Assembly (NCBI GenBank): GCA_043827405.1
Contig: JBDRPD010000003.1
Location: 1 to 64,000, forward strand
Direction of reading: 5' to 3'
DNA: 64,000 nt
Source: Elusimicrobiota bacterium
GTDB taxonomy: Bacteria > Elusimicrobiota > Elusimicrobia > UBA1565
Of this stretch, positions 47,699-58,102 are shown piece by piece. A model generated the notes under the pieces. That model saw only the letters and a program-made list of their open reading frames with translations, made no database searches and was not told where the DNA came from. Made by a program: the position numbers and the translations under genes. The stretch's first letter is position 1; each line of letters opens with the position of its first letter.

Positions 47699-49530
47699 TG
47701 CGCATGGCATGGAAGCCTTTGCTTATGAGCGCGCTGTTGGGACTGCTGTTCATGGTCCCGGCGGGAGCGGAGTCTTCGCCCCCGGATTTCGCGGGGCTCG
47801 GCAAGCTGCCCGTTTTACATAACGGCCGCATCAAGCCGTTGGATACGATCGCCCGCAACTCCCTGCTGCGCATCCGCGGCAAGCAGACGCTGCAGGCCGC
47901 CGGCCGGCGCATGCCGGCGATCGAATGGCTGCTCGAGGTGATGGCCGGTACAGGCAAGGCGGATTCTTTCGCGATATTCGTGATCAATGATCCGGACGTG
48001 CTCGGTCTCATCGGCAAAAAACAGAGCAAGAATAGATATTTTTCGTTTCAAGATATCGCTCCGGCCGCCAGCGAAATTCTGCGCCAGGCCGAGCGCGCGA
48101 GCGGCATCCCGCCGCAGCAGCGCGACCGCTTCACGCGCGCCGTCTATGACTTGGGGCAGCGGCTCAACCTTTATCAGCAGCTGCAAAACACCCTATGGGG
48201 CAGGCTGGTGGCGGACCCCGATGCCGACCTGAAGGCATTTAAGGCGGTCGTCGAAAAGGATTTGACCAAGGTTATGGCGATGCTCGGCGGCGGGTCCGCC
48301 GATGACGCGGCCGCGCGCCGCTTCGCGGACTATCTCGACCGCTATCGCTTTCTTTCCGGATCGGCTTACTTCCGTGCCGTGCCGCCCGCGCCCGGGCGTC
48401 CGGTTGAGGAGTGGACTAATATCGGCGAGGCGCTGCTTCAGGGTTTGCGGGGCGACGCGGTGCGGCCGGAGGTGGAACTCTACGCCGGCCTGGTCACGGC
48501 GTATCGCCGGGGAGATATCGCGGCTTTTAATCAGCGGGTGGCTGAGCTGCAGCGCCAGCTGACGGCGCGGGCCCCGCGGGCCGCCGGCCGGGCCAAGCAT
48601 GAATCCATCTTTAACCGGCTGCAGCCGTTTTACTGGGGGATGATCCTCTATCTGATCGTGTTTCTGACCGTCTGCATGTCGTGGCTGTTTAAGCCCAGGC
48701 TGCTGCGGCGCGCGGCGTTCACTTTGCTCGCCGCGGCGCTGGCGGTGCAGACTCTGGGCTTGCTTTCGCGTATGATCCTGCAGGGACGGCCGCCGGTCAC
48801 GAACCTCTACTCCTCGGCGGTGGTCGTCGGCTGGGTCGGCGTGCTGCTGAGCCTGGTGCTGGAACGGATGCATCGGCGCGGGATCGCCTGCGCGGTGGGC
48901 TCGCTCGCCGGCTTCTGCACGCTGCTGATCGCCCATAATCTGGCGATGAGCGGCGATACCATGGAGATGATGCAGGCGGTGCTGGACTCGAACTTCTGGC
49001 TGGCCACGCACGTCATCACCATTATCATCGGTTATGGCGCGACCTACCTGGCCGGCGGCTTCGCCGTCGTCTTTATCCTGCTGAAGTTTATAGGACGGTT
49101 AAGCCGGGAGAACTCCCGCTCTCTGGCGCAGATGGTTTACGGTACGGTCTGTTTCGCCCTGCTGTTTACCTATATCGGCACGGTGCTGGGAGGTATTTGG
49201 GCGGATCAGTCCTGGGGGCGTTTCTGGGGCTGGGACCCAAAAGAGAACGGCGCGCTGCTGATGCTCCTATGGCAGTCCGTGATCCTGCATGCCCGCGCGG
49301 CCCTCTTCATCCGCGAGCGCGGCCTCATGGTGATGGCGGTATTCGGCAATATCGTCACCAGCCTGTCCTGGTTCGGCGTCAATATGCTGGGCGTCGGGCT
49401 GCACTCATACGGTTTTATGGATAAGGCGTTCTTTTGGCTGGCGCTTTTTGTCGTGAGCCAGCTGCTGGTGATGTCTTTGGCCTTTGTGCCGCGGCTGGAG
49501 ATTCGCCTGCGGAAGTCCGCCGCCCATTAG
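47698..49530 (+). CDS. ccsA: Cytochrome c biogenesis protein CcsA/ResC with large N-terminal soluble domain
   Basis: GRIKPLDT, PPVTNLY, WLATHV, WWD motif WADQSWGRFWGWDPKE, GLHSYG. Confidence 0.92.
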   Translation: MRMAWKPLLMSALLGLLFMVPAGAESSPPDFAGLGKLPVLHNGRIKPLDTIARNSLLRIRGKQTLQAAGRRMPAIEWLLEVMAGTGKADSFAIFVINDPDVLGLIGKKQSKNRYFSFQDIAPAASEILRQAERASGIPPQQRDRFTRAVYDLGQRLNLYQQLQNTLWGRLVADPDADLKAFKAVVEKDLTKVMAMLGGGSADDAAARRFADYLDRYRFLSGSAYFRAVPPAPGRPVEEWTNIGEALLQGLRGDAVRPEVELYAGLVTAYRRGDIAAFNQRVAELQRQLTARAPRAAGRAKHESIFNRLQPFYWGMILYLIVFLTVCMSWLFKPRLLRRAAFTLLAAALAVQTLGLLSRMILQGRPPVTNLYSSAVVVGWVGVLLSLVLERMHRRGIACAVGSLAGFCTLLIAHNLAMSGDTMEMMQAVLDSNFWLATHVITIIIGYGATYLAGGFAVVFILLKFIGRLSRENSRSLAQMVYGTVCFALLFTYIGTVLGGIWADQSWGRFWGWDPKENGALLMLLWQSVILHARAALFIRERGLMVMAVFGNIVTSLSWFGVNMLGVGLHSYGFMDKAFFWLALFVVSQLLVMSLAFVPRLEIRLRKSAAH

Positions 49531-49581
49531 CGGCTCGCTTCGATCCTGGATATTCCTTTACCCGTTAAATATACTGATACC

Positions 49582-50097
49582 ATGACGGCCGCCGGACGGA
49601 AGAATCTCCAGAAAAGCAAGCAAGCGGCGGCGCCGCCGTGGTGGGCTATCGTCGCCGGCGTCGTCGTGTTGGCTTTGGCCGCGGCCGCGGCGTTGAGCCG
49701 GGGAGCGGGGGAGATCGAAACATTCGCGGCGGCCGCTCCGGCGGATACGCGCCAGGCGGCGCTCGGCGGCGACCGGCATTTCGAAGCCGGGCGGTACGCG
49801 GAGGCGATCAAGCTGTACCGGAAGGCTCTGGAGCTGGATCCCGCGGATGCCGATACCCGCAATGACCTCGGGCTGGCCCTGCATTATACCGGCCGCTCCG
49901 AAGAAGCCGTTAAAGAGCTGGTTGAGGCCACGGAGACGGAACCGTCTTTTAAAAATGCCTGGCTGAGCCTGGGTTTTGTGCTGACCTCGCTGGGCCGCAA
50001 CGAGGAAGCCCGGCCCGCCTTGCGCCACGTTATCGAGCTCGCTCCCGGGTCGCCGCAGGCGAAAGAAGCGCAGCGGATGCTGGAAGGCAAGCAATGA
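49582..50097 (+). CDS. Membrane-anchored TPR protein
   Basis: One TM segment followed by three TPR-like repeats (YRKALELDP..., NDLGLAL, AWLSLG). Confidence 0.82.
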   Translation: MTAAGRKNLQKSKQAAAPPWWAIVAGVVVLALAAAAALSRGAGEIETFAAAAPADTRQAALGGDRHFEAGRYAEAIKLYRKALELDPADADTRNDLGLALHYTGRSEEAVKELVEATETEPSFKNAWLSLGFVLTSLGRNEEARPALRHVIELAPGSPQAKEAQRMLEGKQ

Positions 50098-50906
50098 ATA
50101 TTTATGCGGGACTGATCCTCTGCGGGGCGGCGGCGCTGTACCTGGCCAGCTGGCTGCAGAGTATGCTCCGGAAACCGGAGGACCGCTCCGGCGTATGGGG
50201 CGTCGAGCTTACGCCGGACCGGATCATGGGGGCGGCGCTGGCTTTGCATACGCTATTCCTCTTCGTGCACGCGGCCACCCAGCACCGGTGTCCCACGACC
50301 TACTCCTATGAGGCGATTATTTTTCTCTGCTGGTGCATCGCGCTTGTTTATTATTTCGTCAGCTTTTCGTTCACCGTGCCCTGGCTGGCGAAATATGTGA
50401 CGCCGATCATCGTCGCGCTTTTTGTCGTTGCGTTTGTCGGCATGCTCTCGGTCCCGGCGGCGCATGACGTGGAAAAGGGCTGGCGCATCAAGCTGCATGT
50501 CGTCTCGCTGCTGCTGGCGTACTCTTTCTTTCTGGTCAGCTTTATTTCCGGAGTGCTCTATCTATTCAAGGAGAAGGCGATGAAGCTGCAGCGGCCGAGC
50601 CACCGGCTGCCGCCGCTGGAGCTGCTGGACAAGGTCAACCTGTGGACGCTGGTTATCGGGTTTCCGATTATGACGTTCGGTCTGTTCGTCGGTTTGCTTT
50701 TGGCGCAGGCGAACCCCAAGCTGGGCAGCTGGATGCTGGAGAAGAAAGTGATATTCGTCACGGTCTCCTGGGCCATGTACGGCATCGTGCTCCATCTGCG
50801 GCTGATGTCCCATTATCGGGGGCGGCGCGTCATCATCTTGACCGTGGTGAGCTTCTGCTTTCTGCTCCTGTCGCTGATCGGCACCCAGTGGCACTATTTC
50901 AAGTGA
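50094..50906 (+). CDS. HemX/CcsA-like membrane protein
   Basis: About 8 TM segments; KLHV, RLPPLELLDK; degenerate WWD region (WMLEKK); immediately upstream of hemA. Confidence 0.82.
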   Translation: MNIYAGLILCGAAALYLASWLQSMLRKPEDRSGVWGVELTPDRIMGAALALHTLFLFVHAATQHRCPTTYSYEAIIFLCWCIALVYYFVSFSFTVPWLAKYVTPIIVALFVVAFVGMLSVPAAHDVEKGWRIKLHVVSLLLAYSFFLVSFISGVLYLFKEKAMKLQRPSHRLPPLELLDKVNLWTLVIGFPIMTFGLFVGLLLAQANPKLGSWMLEKKVIFVTVSWAMYGIVLHLRLMSHYRGRRVIILTVVSFCFLLLSLIGTQWHYFK

Positions 50907-50915
50907 ACTGAAACC

Positions 50916-52199
50916 ATGCATTCGCCGTCCATCACCGGCCTGAGCCATAAGAAAACGGGCATCGACCTGCGCGAAAAGCTCAGCTTTTCCCGGCAGGACT
51001 ATCCCTGCGTGCTGCGTCATTTTGAGCTCGACCCGGCGGTGAGCGAGGCGGTCGTGCTTTCCACCTGCAACCGGGTGGAAATCTACTGCCTCGGCGCCGG
51101 CGGCAGGACGGTGGAGGCGGAGCGCGTCGTCCGCTTCCTGGCGGAGTATCATAAAGTATCCCCCGCGGCGTTCGCCGGCCATGTCCACCACTATCAGGAT
51201 GAGGCGGCGATCGCGTACCTGCTGAAGGTCGCCAGCGGCCTGGATTCCATGGTGCTCGGCGAGACCCAGATCCTGGCGCAGCTCAAGGACGCTTTCGCCT
51301 GCGCCCAAGAGCGTGAGAGCACCGGCAAGTACACCAACGCCCTGTTTCAGCGCGCCTTCTCCGCGGCCAAGCGCATCCATACCACCACGGGCATCTCGCA
51401 GGCGAAGATCTCCGTGCCGTCGGTCGCCGCCGACTTCGCGGCGGACCTTTTCTCTTCTTTCGCCGACAAAACCCTGCTGCAGATCGGCTCCGGTGAAACG
51501 GGCGAGCTGACCATGCGGCACTTCGCCGAGCGCGGCTTGAGCCGCATGCTCCTGACCAACCGGACCCATAAACGGGCCGTGGAAACCGCCGCCAAGTTCG
51601 GCGCCGAGGCGGTTCCGTTCCAGGATTTTCCCCAGCATCTGCATAAAGCCGATATCATCGTGACGGCGCTGGCGTCGGACGCCCATGTGATCGCCGGGGA
51701 GATGATGGAGGCGGCCATGCATTCCCGCCGCAACCGGCCGCTCGTTCTCTTGGACTTGTCCGTCCCGCGCGCTGTCGACCCCCGCGTGGCGGAGATGGAA
51801 AACGTGTTTCTCTATGATATCGACAGCCTGGAGGCGGTTGTCCTGCAGAATATGGAGCAGCGCCAGGCGGAGCTTTCCAGCTGCCTGGAGATCGTCGACG
51901 AGGAAACGCAGGCTTTTTTGGCGCAGATCGAGGAGTGGAAGGCCGAGCCCCTGATCCGCGATCTGCGCGACAGCCTGGAAGCGATCCGGGATCAGGAGTG
52001 GCGGCGTATCGAAAGCCGGCTCGGCAAGCTCGATGCCCGTCTGCGCGACGACCTGGAGCATATGACCCGCCGCATCACCAACCGGTTCCTGCACTCTCCC
52101 ACGACCGCCCTCCGGGAGGAAGCCAAAGACGGAGGCGGCTTCCGGCTCGTCGAGATGGCGCGCAAGCTGTTTTTGCCGGCCCCCAAGCGCAAGCCCTAG
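50916..52199 (+). CDS. hemA: Glutamyl-tRNA reductase
   Basis: LSTCNRVE, GLDSMVLGETQI, IGSGETG, DLSVPR. Confidence 0.96.
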   Translation: MHSPSITGLSHKKTGIDLREKLSFSRQDYPCVLRHFELDPAVSEAVVLSTCNRVEIYCLGAGGRTVEAERVVRFLAEYHKVSPAAFAGHVHHYQDEAAIAYLLKVASGLDSMVLGETQILAQLKDAFACAQERESTGKYTNALFQRAFSAAKRIHTTTGISQAKISVPSVAADFAADLFSSFADKTLLQIGSGETGELTMRHFAERGLSRMLLTNRTHKRAVETAAKFGAEAVPFQDFPQHLHKADIIVTALASDAHVIAGEMMEAAMHSRRNRPLVLLDLSVPRAVDPRVAEMENVFLYDIDSLEAVVLQNMEQRQAELSSCLEIVDEETQAFLAQIEEWKAEPLIRDLRDSLEAIRDQEWRRIESRLGKLDARLRDDLEHMTRRITNRFLHSPTTALREEAKDGGGFRLVEMARKLFLPAPKRKP

Positions 52200-52263
52200 C
52201 CCGCAGAGTCCTCTTAATTTTGTACAATAACCGTTCAATCTATTGCGCAATCAGGAAGTTACT

Positions 52264-52611
52264 ATGAAGACAGATATCCATCCCAACTATTACAACGTGG
52301 AAGTGGTTTGCGCCTGCGGCAACACCTTCAAGACCCGCTCCACCAAAAAGTCGATCCGGCTCGAGATTTGCGGCGCCTGCCATCCGTTCTACACCGGCAA
52401 GCAGCGTCTCATCGACACCGCCGGCCGGGTCGAGCGCTTCCAGAAGCGCTTTGCCAAGACGGCGGGCAAGACCGTGCGCATAAAGCCCAAGGCCAAGGTC
52501 AAAAAGAAGCTGGAGTCGCAGGCCACGCGCAAGCGTGTGCTGACGACCGCGCCTCGGGCGTCGGACAAGAAAGAGAAGGGAGCGAAGAAAAAGGCCGATA
52601 AAAAGGCTTAG
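52264..52611 (+). CDS. rpmE: 50S ribosomal protein L31 (Zn-binding type) with Lys-rich C-terminal extension
   Basis: [29 protein letters not shown]. Confidence 0.96.
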   Translation: MKTDIHPNYYNVEVVCACGNTFKTRSTKKSIRLEICGACHPFYTGKQRLIDTAGRVERFQKRFAKTAGKTVRIKPKAKVKKKLESQATRKRVLTTAPRASDKKEKGAKKKADKKA

Positions 52612-52625
52612 CCTCCCCCTCGCGA

Positions 52626-52660
52626 AAAGCCCCGGCTGCGGAAGGCGCCGGGGCTTTCTC
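52626..52660 (+). terminator. Probable intrinsic terminator after rpmE
   Basis: Stem AAAGCCCCGGC / GCCGGGGCTTT followed by a pyrimidine-rich tail. Confidence 0.7.
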
Positions 52661-52682
52661 TATCATGGCTTGAGGATTGATC

Positions 52683-53756
52683 ATGGGCCTGCTGGAAGAC
52701 CTGGAGAAGGAACACTTGGAGATCGAGGCGCGCTTAAGCTCCTCGACCCCGCTGCCGCCGCGTGAACTTAAGACGCTTACCCGGCGGCATTTCCAGCTGT
52801 CGGGACCCATGAAGCTCGCGCGCGAGCTGCGCGCGATCGATGCGGAACTCAAGGGCGCCGAGGAGCTGCTCTCGGGCGCGGACGAGGAGCTCCGCGAGAT
52901 GGCGCAGCTGGAGGTGGATTCGCTCACCGCGCGCCGTTCGGCGCTGGAGGACACGCTGCGCCGCGAGCTTCTGCCGCGTGACCCGGACGAGGACAAGGAT
53001 ATGTACCTGGAGATCCGGGCCGGAGCGGGCGGCGAAGAGGCGGCGCTGTTCGCGGCCGAGCTTATGCGCGCCTATACCTGTTTCGCGGAAAGCGTCGGCT
53101 GGAAAATTACGGTCGTGGAATTTTCGCGCACCGGGCTCAAGGGCGCCAAGCAGGCGGTGCTTCATATCCAGGGCGAAAAGGTTTTCGGCTGGCTCAAGTT
53201 CGAGGGCGGCGTGCACCGGGTGCAGCGCGTGCCGCAGACCGAGTCCTCGGGCCGCATTCACACTTCGACGGTCACCGTGGCCGTTATGCCCGAGGCGGAG
53301 GAGAAGGAAGTGGAGATCGAGGCCAAGGACCTGCACATCGACACCTTCCGCGCCGGGGGCGCGGGGGGGCAGAACGTTAACAAGGTCGAGACCGCCGTGC
53401 GCATCACGCATGTCCCCAGCGGCGTGGTCGTGGCCTGCCAGGAGGAGCGCTCGCAGCTGCAGAACCGGATGCGGGCCATGTCGATCCTGCGCGCCAAGCT
53501 GGTCGAGGCGGCCCGCCGCACCGCCAAGGACGCCAACGAGGCGGCGCGCCGCAGCCAGGTCGGCACGGGCGACCGTTCCGAGAAGATCCGCACCTATAAT
53601 TTCCCGCAGAATCGGGTAACCGATCATCGGATCGAGCGCTCGTGGCACAACCTGCCGGCGGTCATGGAGGGCGAGTTCCGCGCGATCCTGGAAGCGCTGC
53701 GCGCGGAGGAAGAGGAGCGCCTGCTGCGCGGCGTCGAGGGGAGCGGAAATGGTTAA
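52683..53756 (+). CDS. prfA: Peptide chain release factor 1
   Basis: [20 protein letters not shown] (PxT), [18 protein letters not shown]. Confidence 0.97.
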   Translation: MGLLEDLEKEHLEIEARLSSSTPLPPRELKTLTRRHFQLSGPMKLARELRAIDAELKGAEELLSGADEELREMAQLEVDSLTARRSALEDTLRRELLPRDPDEDKDMYLEIRAGAGGEEAALFAAELMRAYTCFAESVGWKITVVEFSRTGLKGAKQAVLHIQGEKVFGWLKFEGGVHRVQRVPQTESSGRIHTSTVTVAVMPEAEEKEVEIEAKDLHIDTFRAGGAGGQNVNKVETAVRITHVPSGVVVACQEERSQLQNRMRAMSILRAKLVEAARRTAKDANEAARRSQVGTGDRSEKIRTYNFPQNRVTDHRIERSWHNLPAVMEGEFRAILEALRAEEEERLLRGVEGSGNG

Positions 53757-54618
53757 GGCGCTCAGGCGCGCCGTGACCGAGCGCCTGGGTGACGGCGAGA
53801 AGTACCTCGCCGAGCGGGGGGTCGACGAGACCGCCGCCAACGCGGAGTTCCTCATGGCGGAAGCCCTCGGCTGCGGACGGGCGGACGTCCATGCGCGCGC
53901 GGATTATATTCTCGAGCCCAAGCAGGACCATCACTTTTGGGACATGATCAAGCGGCGCGGCCGGCGCGTGCCGCTGGCCTACGTGCTCGGCTTTCAGCCG
54001 TTCATGGACTGCCGCATCAAGGTGAACTCGTCGGTGCTGATCCCCCGGCCCGAGACCGAGCAGCTGGTCGAGGCCGTCATCGAGCTCGCCGGCGGGAAAG
54101 GGGCGGTCCATATCGTCGATGTGGGAACCGGGAGCGGCTGCGTGAGCATCGCCCTCGCCCGGCGCCTGCCCGCCGCGATGATCTATGCCACCGAGATCAG
54201 CGCTGCGGCGCTCAAGATGGCCGAGGAGAACGCCGGGCTCAACGGCGTCGCTCAGCGTATTCGCTTTCTGTGTGAGGATTTGTTCAAGCCGGAGCGGCGC
54301 TCTTCGCCGTGGGCCGATATCGTGGTGGCCAATCCTCCCTATATCCCTACGGCGGAGCTGAAAACGCTCGACAAAGAGGTGCTGCGCGAGCCGTTCCTCG
54401 CGCTGGACGGCGGCAAAGACGGCCTCGACGCGGTGCGCGCCATCGCGGCGGATGCGCCCCGGATGCTCAAGCCCGGCGGCCGGCTGGCGCTGGAGATCGG
54501 CGACGGCCAGGCGGACAAGGTCCGCGGCATCCTGGAGCGCGGCGGCTTCTCCGCGGTCGAGATCCGGCGTGATCTGCAGCGGCGTGAACGTATCGCGTTG
54601 GCGGGACTTCCCAAATGA
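53749..54618 (+). CDS. prmC: Release factor glutamine methyltransferase
   Basis: [25 protein letters not shown]. Confidence 0.96.
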   Translation: MVKALRRAVTERLGDGEKYLAERGVDETAANAEFLMAEALGCGRADVHARADYILEPKQDHHFWDMIKRRGRRVPLAYVLGFQPFMDCRIKVNSSVLIPRPETEQLVEAVIELAGGKGAVHIVDVGTGSGCVSIALARRLPAAMIYATEISAAALKMAEENAGLNGVAQRIRFLCEDLFKPERRSSPWADIVVANPPYIPTAELKTLDKEVLREPFLALDGGKDGLDAVRAIAADAPRMLKPGGRLALEIGDGQADKVRGILERGGFSAVEIRRDLQRRERIALAGLPK

Positions 54619-54630
54619 TAGAATCGAAAA

Positions 54631-55884
54631 ATGGATAAATTCGTCATCGAAGGCGGTCGTCCCCTGCGGGGCACTTTGCGCGTTAACGGTTCGAAGAACG
54701 CCGCGCTCCCCATACTCATCGCGACTTTGCTGACCGATGAGGCTTGTGTGATCGAGAACGTGCCGGATTTGCGGGACATCCGCACCACGATCCGCCTGCT
54801 GGAGAGTCTCGGCAAACGGGTGGCGGTAGAGGGTAAGGTCGTGCGCGTTGAGTTCGGCCGCCGGCTGCGCACCCGGGCGCCTTACGAACTCGTCAAACAG
54901 ATGCGGGCGTCGGTGCTGGTGGCCGGCCCGCTGCTCGCGCGCTTCGGCCGCGCCCGGGTTCCCCTGCCCGGCGGCTGTGCGATCGGTCTGCGGCCCGTCG
55001 ATATCCACTTGAAAGCTTTTCAGGCGCTGGGCGCCAAGGCGGACAACGCCGGCGGCGATGTCGTTTTTTCCGCGCGCCGGCTGCGGCCCGCGCGGGTTAA
55101 ATTCCGCTTCGCCAGCGTGGGGGCCACCGAGAATATCCTGATGGCCGCAGCGGCCACGCCCGGCCGGACGATTATTGAAAACGCCGCGCGCGAGCCCGAA
55201 ATCGACGACCTCGCGCGCTTTCTGGGCGCGATGGGAGCGAAAATTTCCGGCGCCGGTAAATCGCGCATCGTCATCGAAGGCGTGTCCGCGCCGGCGGGAG
55301 TCCGCCATCGTGTAATATCCGACCGCATCGAGACGGGGACGCTGCTGATCGCCGGCGCGGCGGCGCGCGGCCCGCTCACTTTGGTCGGCGCCGAGCCCGG
55401 GCATCTGGGATGCTTGCTCCGGGCGCTGGCCAAATCCGGCGCTCGCGTCCGGCAAACCGCCGACGGCCTGTGCGTTACCGGTCCCGCGCGTCCCCGGCCG
55501 GTCTCGATCACGACCGGGATTTATCCCGGTTTTCCGACGGACCTGCAGGCGCAGTGGATGGCGTATATGTGCCGCGCGCGCGGCAAGAGCAGTATTCGCG
55601 AGGCGATTTTCGAGCGGCGGTTTATGCACGCGGCCGAGCTGGCGCGCTTGGGGGCGCGGATCGCCTTCCGCGGAAACTGCATTATCGTGACGGGCGTTCC
55701 CCGCCTGCAGGGCGCTTCCATTATGGCGTCCGACATCCGGGCCGGAGCGGCGCTGGTGACGGCGGGGCTGGCGGCCGAAGGCGTTACGGAGATCCATCGC
55801 GTCTACCATATCGACCGCGGCTACGAGCGGATCGAGCGGCTCCTGCGCCGCGCCGGCGCGCGCATGCGGCGGGTCAGGGCGTGA
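54631..55884 (+). CDS. murA: UDP-N-acetylglucosamine 1-carboxyvinyltransferase
   Basis: GSKNAALP, MRAS, LPGGCAIG.RPVD.H, SVGATEN, PGFPTDLQ, HIDRGY. Confidence 0.97.
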   Translation: MDKFVIEGGRPLRGTLRVNGSKNAALPILIATLLTDEACVIENVPDLRDIRTTIRLLESLGKRVAVEGKVVRVEFGRRLRTRAPYELVKQMRASVLVAGPLLARFGRARVPLPGGCAIGLRPVDIHLKAFQALGAKADNAGGDVVFSARRLRPARVKFRFASVGATENILMAAAATPGRTIIENAAREPEIDDLARFLGAMGAKISGAGKSRIVIEGVSAPAGVRHRVISDRIETGTLLIAGAAARGPLTLVGAEPGHLGCLLRALAKSGARVRQTADGLCVTGPARPRPVSITTGIYPGFPTDLQAQWMAYMCRARGKSSIREAIFERRFMHAAELARLGARIAFRGNCIIVTGVPRLQGASIMASDIRAGAALVTAGLAAEGVTEIHRVYHIDRGYERIERLLRRAGARMRRVRA

Positions 55885-57146
55885 ACTGCGCCGAGGCGCT
55901 GCGCTTTCTCGAGCGGCGTCAGGAGACGCGGTGGAAGCTCGGCCTGGAGCGCATCGAGGGGCTGGTCACGGGACTGGGGCGCCCGCAGCGCGGCTTTCCT
56001 TCGATCCATGTCGCCGGCACCAACGGCAAGGGGAGCGTCTGTGCGATGCTCGACTCCATCCTGCGGGCCTCCGGCCGGCGCGTCGGTCTCTTCACCTCGC
56101 CGCATTTGGTAACTCCCCGCGAGCGGATTCGCATCGACGGGCAGCCGATCCCGCCGCAGGATTTTGCCCGGATATTGACGCAGGTGCGGGCGGCGGAGCG
56201 GGAGGAGGCATCCTACTTCGAGCTCGTTACGGCCGCGGCTTTTCTTTATTTCAAGGAATGCGAAGTGGATATCGCCGTTTTCGAGACGGGACTCGGCGGT
56301 CGGCTCGACGCCACCAATGTCCTGCGGCCGGTCCTTTCCGTCATCACCAGCATTGATATCGATCATACGCTCCATCTCGGAAGCACGACGGAGGCTATCG
56401 CGCGAGAGAAGGCGGGAATCATCAAGCCGGAAGTTCCTTGCCTGTGCGGGGCCGAGTCCTTTAGCGCCGTCGAGGTGTTTCGCCGCCGGGCGCGGACGCT
56501 GGGGTCGCGCTTCGTCAGCGTCAAGCCGCGCGCCAAGACCGTGGAGGCGCGCTGGCGGCAGGGTACGCAGACGTTTGAGACCGACGGCCGCCGCTACGAG
56601 CTCGCGCTGCTGGGAGCCGCGGCCGCGCGCAACGCCGCGTTCACGCTGGCGGCCGCGGATGAACTGCGGCGGCTGGGTTTTGCGATTAAGGAAGAAGACG
56701 CCGCCCGGGGACTCGCCGAGCTGACATGGCCCGCACGGTTCCAGGTCCTGCCGCAGGTCGGGGGGCGCACTATGATTCTGGACGGCGCCCATAACCTCGC
56801 CGCGATGGAAGCATTCGTGGACACCTGGAAGGCGTCTCCGTGGCGGGATGAGGCGACTATCATCTTCGGCGTGCTCGAGGATAAGGATTACGCGGGCATG
56901 ATCCGGGCGCTCGCGCCGTATGCCAAGCGCGTCGTCGCGGCGCAGGTGGATTCCCGGCGGGCGCTTTCCCCGGATGTGATCGCGAAGCATTTTCAGGCGG
57001 CCGGCGTGCACAGCGTCGAGACCGCGCATACGCCCCGGCGCGCCATCGAGAGGTGGCTGGCTTCGGAGTATTCCGTCGCCGCGGTGTTGGGGTCGTTTTA
57101 TCTCGTCGGCAGCGTGCTGGACCGGGTTGAGGAGGTCGTCGTGTGA
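55881..57146 (+). CDS. folC: Folylpolyglutamate synthase/dihydrofolate synthase
   Basis: HVAGTNGKGS, FTSPHL, ETGLGGRLDATNV, LDGAHN. True start is probably the GTG at 55881 (GTGA overlap), not 55410. Confidence 0.95.
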   Translation: MNCAEALRFLERRQETRWKLGLERIEGLVTGLGRPQRGFPSIHVAGTNGKGSVCAMLDSILRASGRRVGLFTSPHLVTPRERIRIDGQPIPPQDFARILTQVRAAEREEASYFELVTAAAFLYFKECEVDIAVFETGLGGRLDATNVLRPVLSVITSIDIDHTLHLGSTTEAIAREKAGIIKPEVPCLCGAESFSAVEVFRRRARTLGSRFVSVKPRAKTVEARWRQGTQTFETDGRRYELALLGAAAARNAAFTLAAADELRRLGFAIKEEDAARGLAELTWPARFQVLPQVGGRTMILDGAHNLAAMEAFVDTWKASPWRDEATIIFGVLEDKDYAGMIRALAPYAKRVVAAQVDSRRALSPDVIAKHFQAAGVHSVETAHTPRRAIERWLASEYSVAAVLGSFYLVGSVLDRVEEVVV

Positions 57147-58102
57147 CCATGCTCAAGCGCGTCGGCCTCGGCATCGATACGGGGGGGACCTTTACCAAGA
57201 TTCTGGCGGTCTCCGAATCGGGTCAGGTCCTGCGCCGGCTGCAGGTACGCAGCGAGCCGCACCTGGGCCCCGCCCGCTTCATCCCGCGCGTGGCGGCCGC
57301 CGTGCGCCGGATCGAGCGCTCGCTCGGCCGCTCGGCGCAGACCGCCTGCCTGGCGGTGGCCGGCGACGTGGACCCGGTCAGCGGCCGCCTCAGAAGGTCG
57401 CCGAACCTCCCTGCTTTCGAGGATTTTCCGCTGCGGGAGCGCCTTAGCCGGGCATTGTCGCGCCCGGTGGAGGTCCACAACGACGCCAATATGGCGGCGT
57501 GGGGCTGCTACACCCTCGAGTTCAAGCGCCGCTGCCCCAACGTGGTCGGGGTGACTATGGGTACGGGCGTCGGCGGCGGGGTGGTGCTGGATGGACGCCT
57601 GGTCACGGGCGCGACAGGCTCGGCGGGCGAGATCGGGCATGTGCGTGTCGCCGTCGACGGCGCCGTCTGCCGCTGCGGAGCGCGCGGCTGCCTGGAAGCC
57701 TATGCCGGCAAGTACGGCGTGACGCGCATCGCGCTGGAGCTTCTGCGCGAGAAGGGCGAGACCGCGCGGGGCCGCTTTCGCGTCGGGGAGAGCGCTTTGC
57801 AGCCGCATCATCTGGCCGCCGCCGCCGCACAGGGCGACCGGCTCGCCCGCGAGGTGTGGCGCCGCGTGGGCCGGGCGCTCGCCGTCGGCATCGTCAACGT
57901 CGTCTATCTGCTCAATCCCGACGCGATCATTTTCGCGGGCGGGGTGTCCCGGGCCGCCCCGTATTTCATGGGGAGCATCCGTCGGGCCCTGCGCGCGGAA
58001 ACGTTTCGCGCGCCGTTCGGCCGCGTCCGCATCGCGGTCGCTCGCCGTGAAGATATGGGAGCGCTGGGAGCGGCGCTTTATTCCCTTGAAGGACCTCATT
58101 AG
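57143..58102 (+). CDS. ROK-family sugar kinase (glucokinase-like)
   Basis: GIDTGGT, NDANMAA, GTGVGGG, GEIGH, CRCGARGCLE. Confidence 0.92.
   Translation: MTMLKRVGLGIDTGGTFTKILAVSESGQVLRRLQVRSEPHLGPARFIPRVAAAVRRIERSLGRSAQTACLAVAGDVDPVSGRLRRSPNLPAFEDFPLRERLSRALSRPVEVHNDANMAAWGCYTLEFKRRCPNVVGVTMGTGVGGGVVLDGRLVTGATGSAGEIGHVRVAVDGAVCRCGARGCLEAYAGKYGVTRIALELLREKGETARGRFRVGESALQPHHLAAAAAQGDRLAREVWRRVGRALAVGIVNVVYLLNPDAIIFAGGVSRAAPYFMGSIRRALRAETFRAPFGRVRIAVARREDMGALGAALYSLEGPH

Noticed and set aside
53662..55809. 715 aa ORF antisense to prmC and murA
   Set aside because: Shadow ORF from stop-codon scarcity at high GC. The same applies to 50562-52250, 30213-31763 and most short Arg/Pro/Ala-rich ORFs in the track.
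55410..55880. 157 aa N-terminal extension on FolC
   Set aside because: Overlaps murA in another frame; the GTG at 55881 gives a normal FolC with a GTGA overlap.
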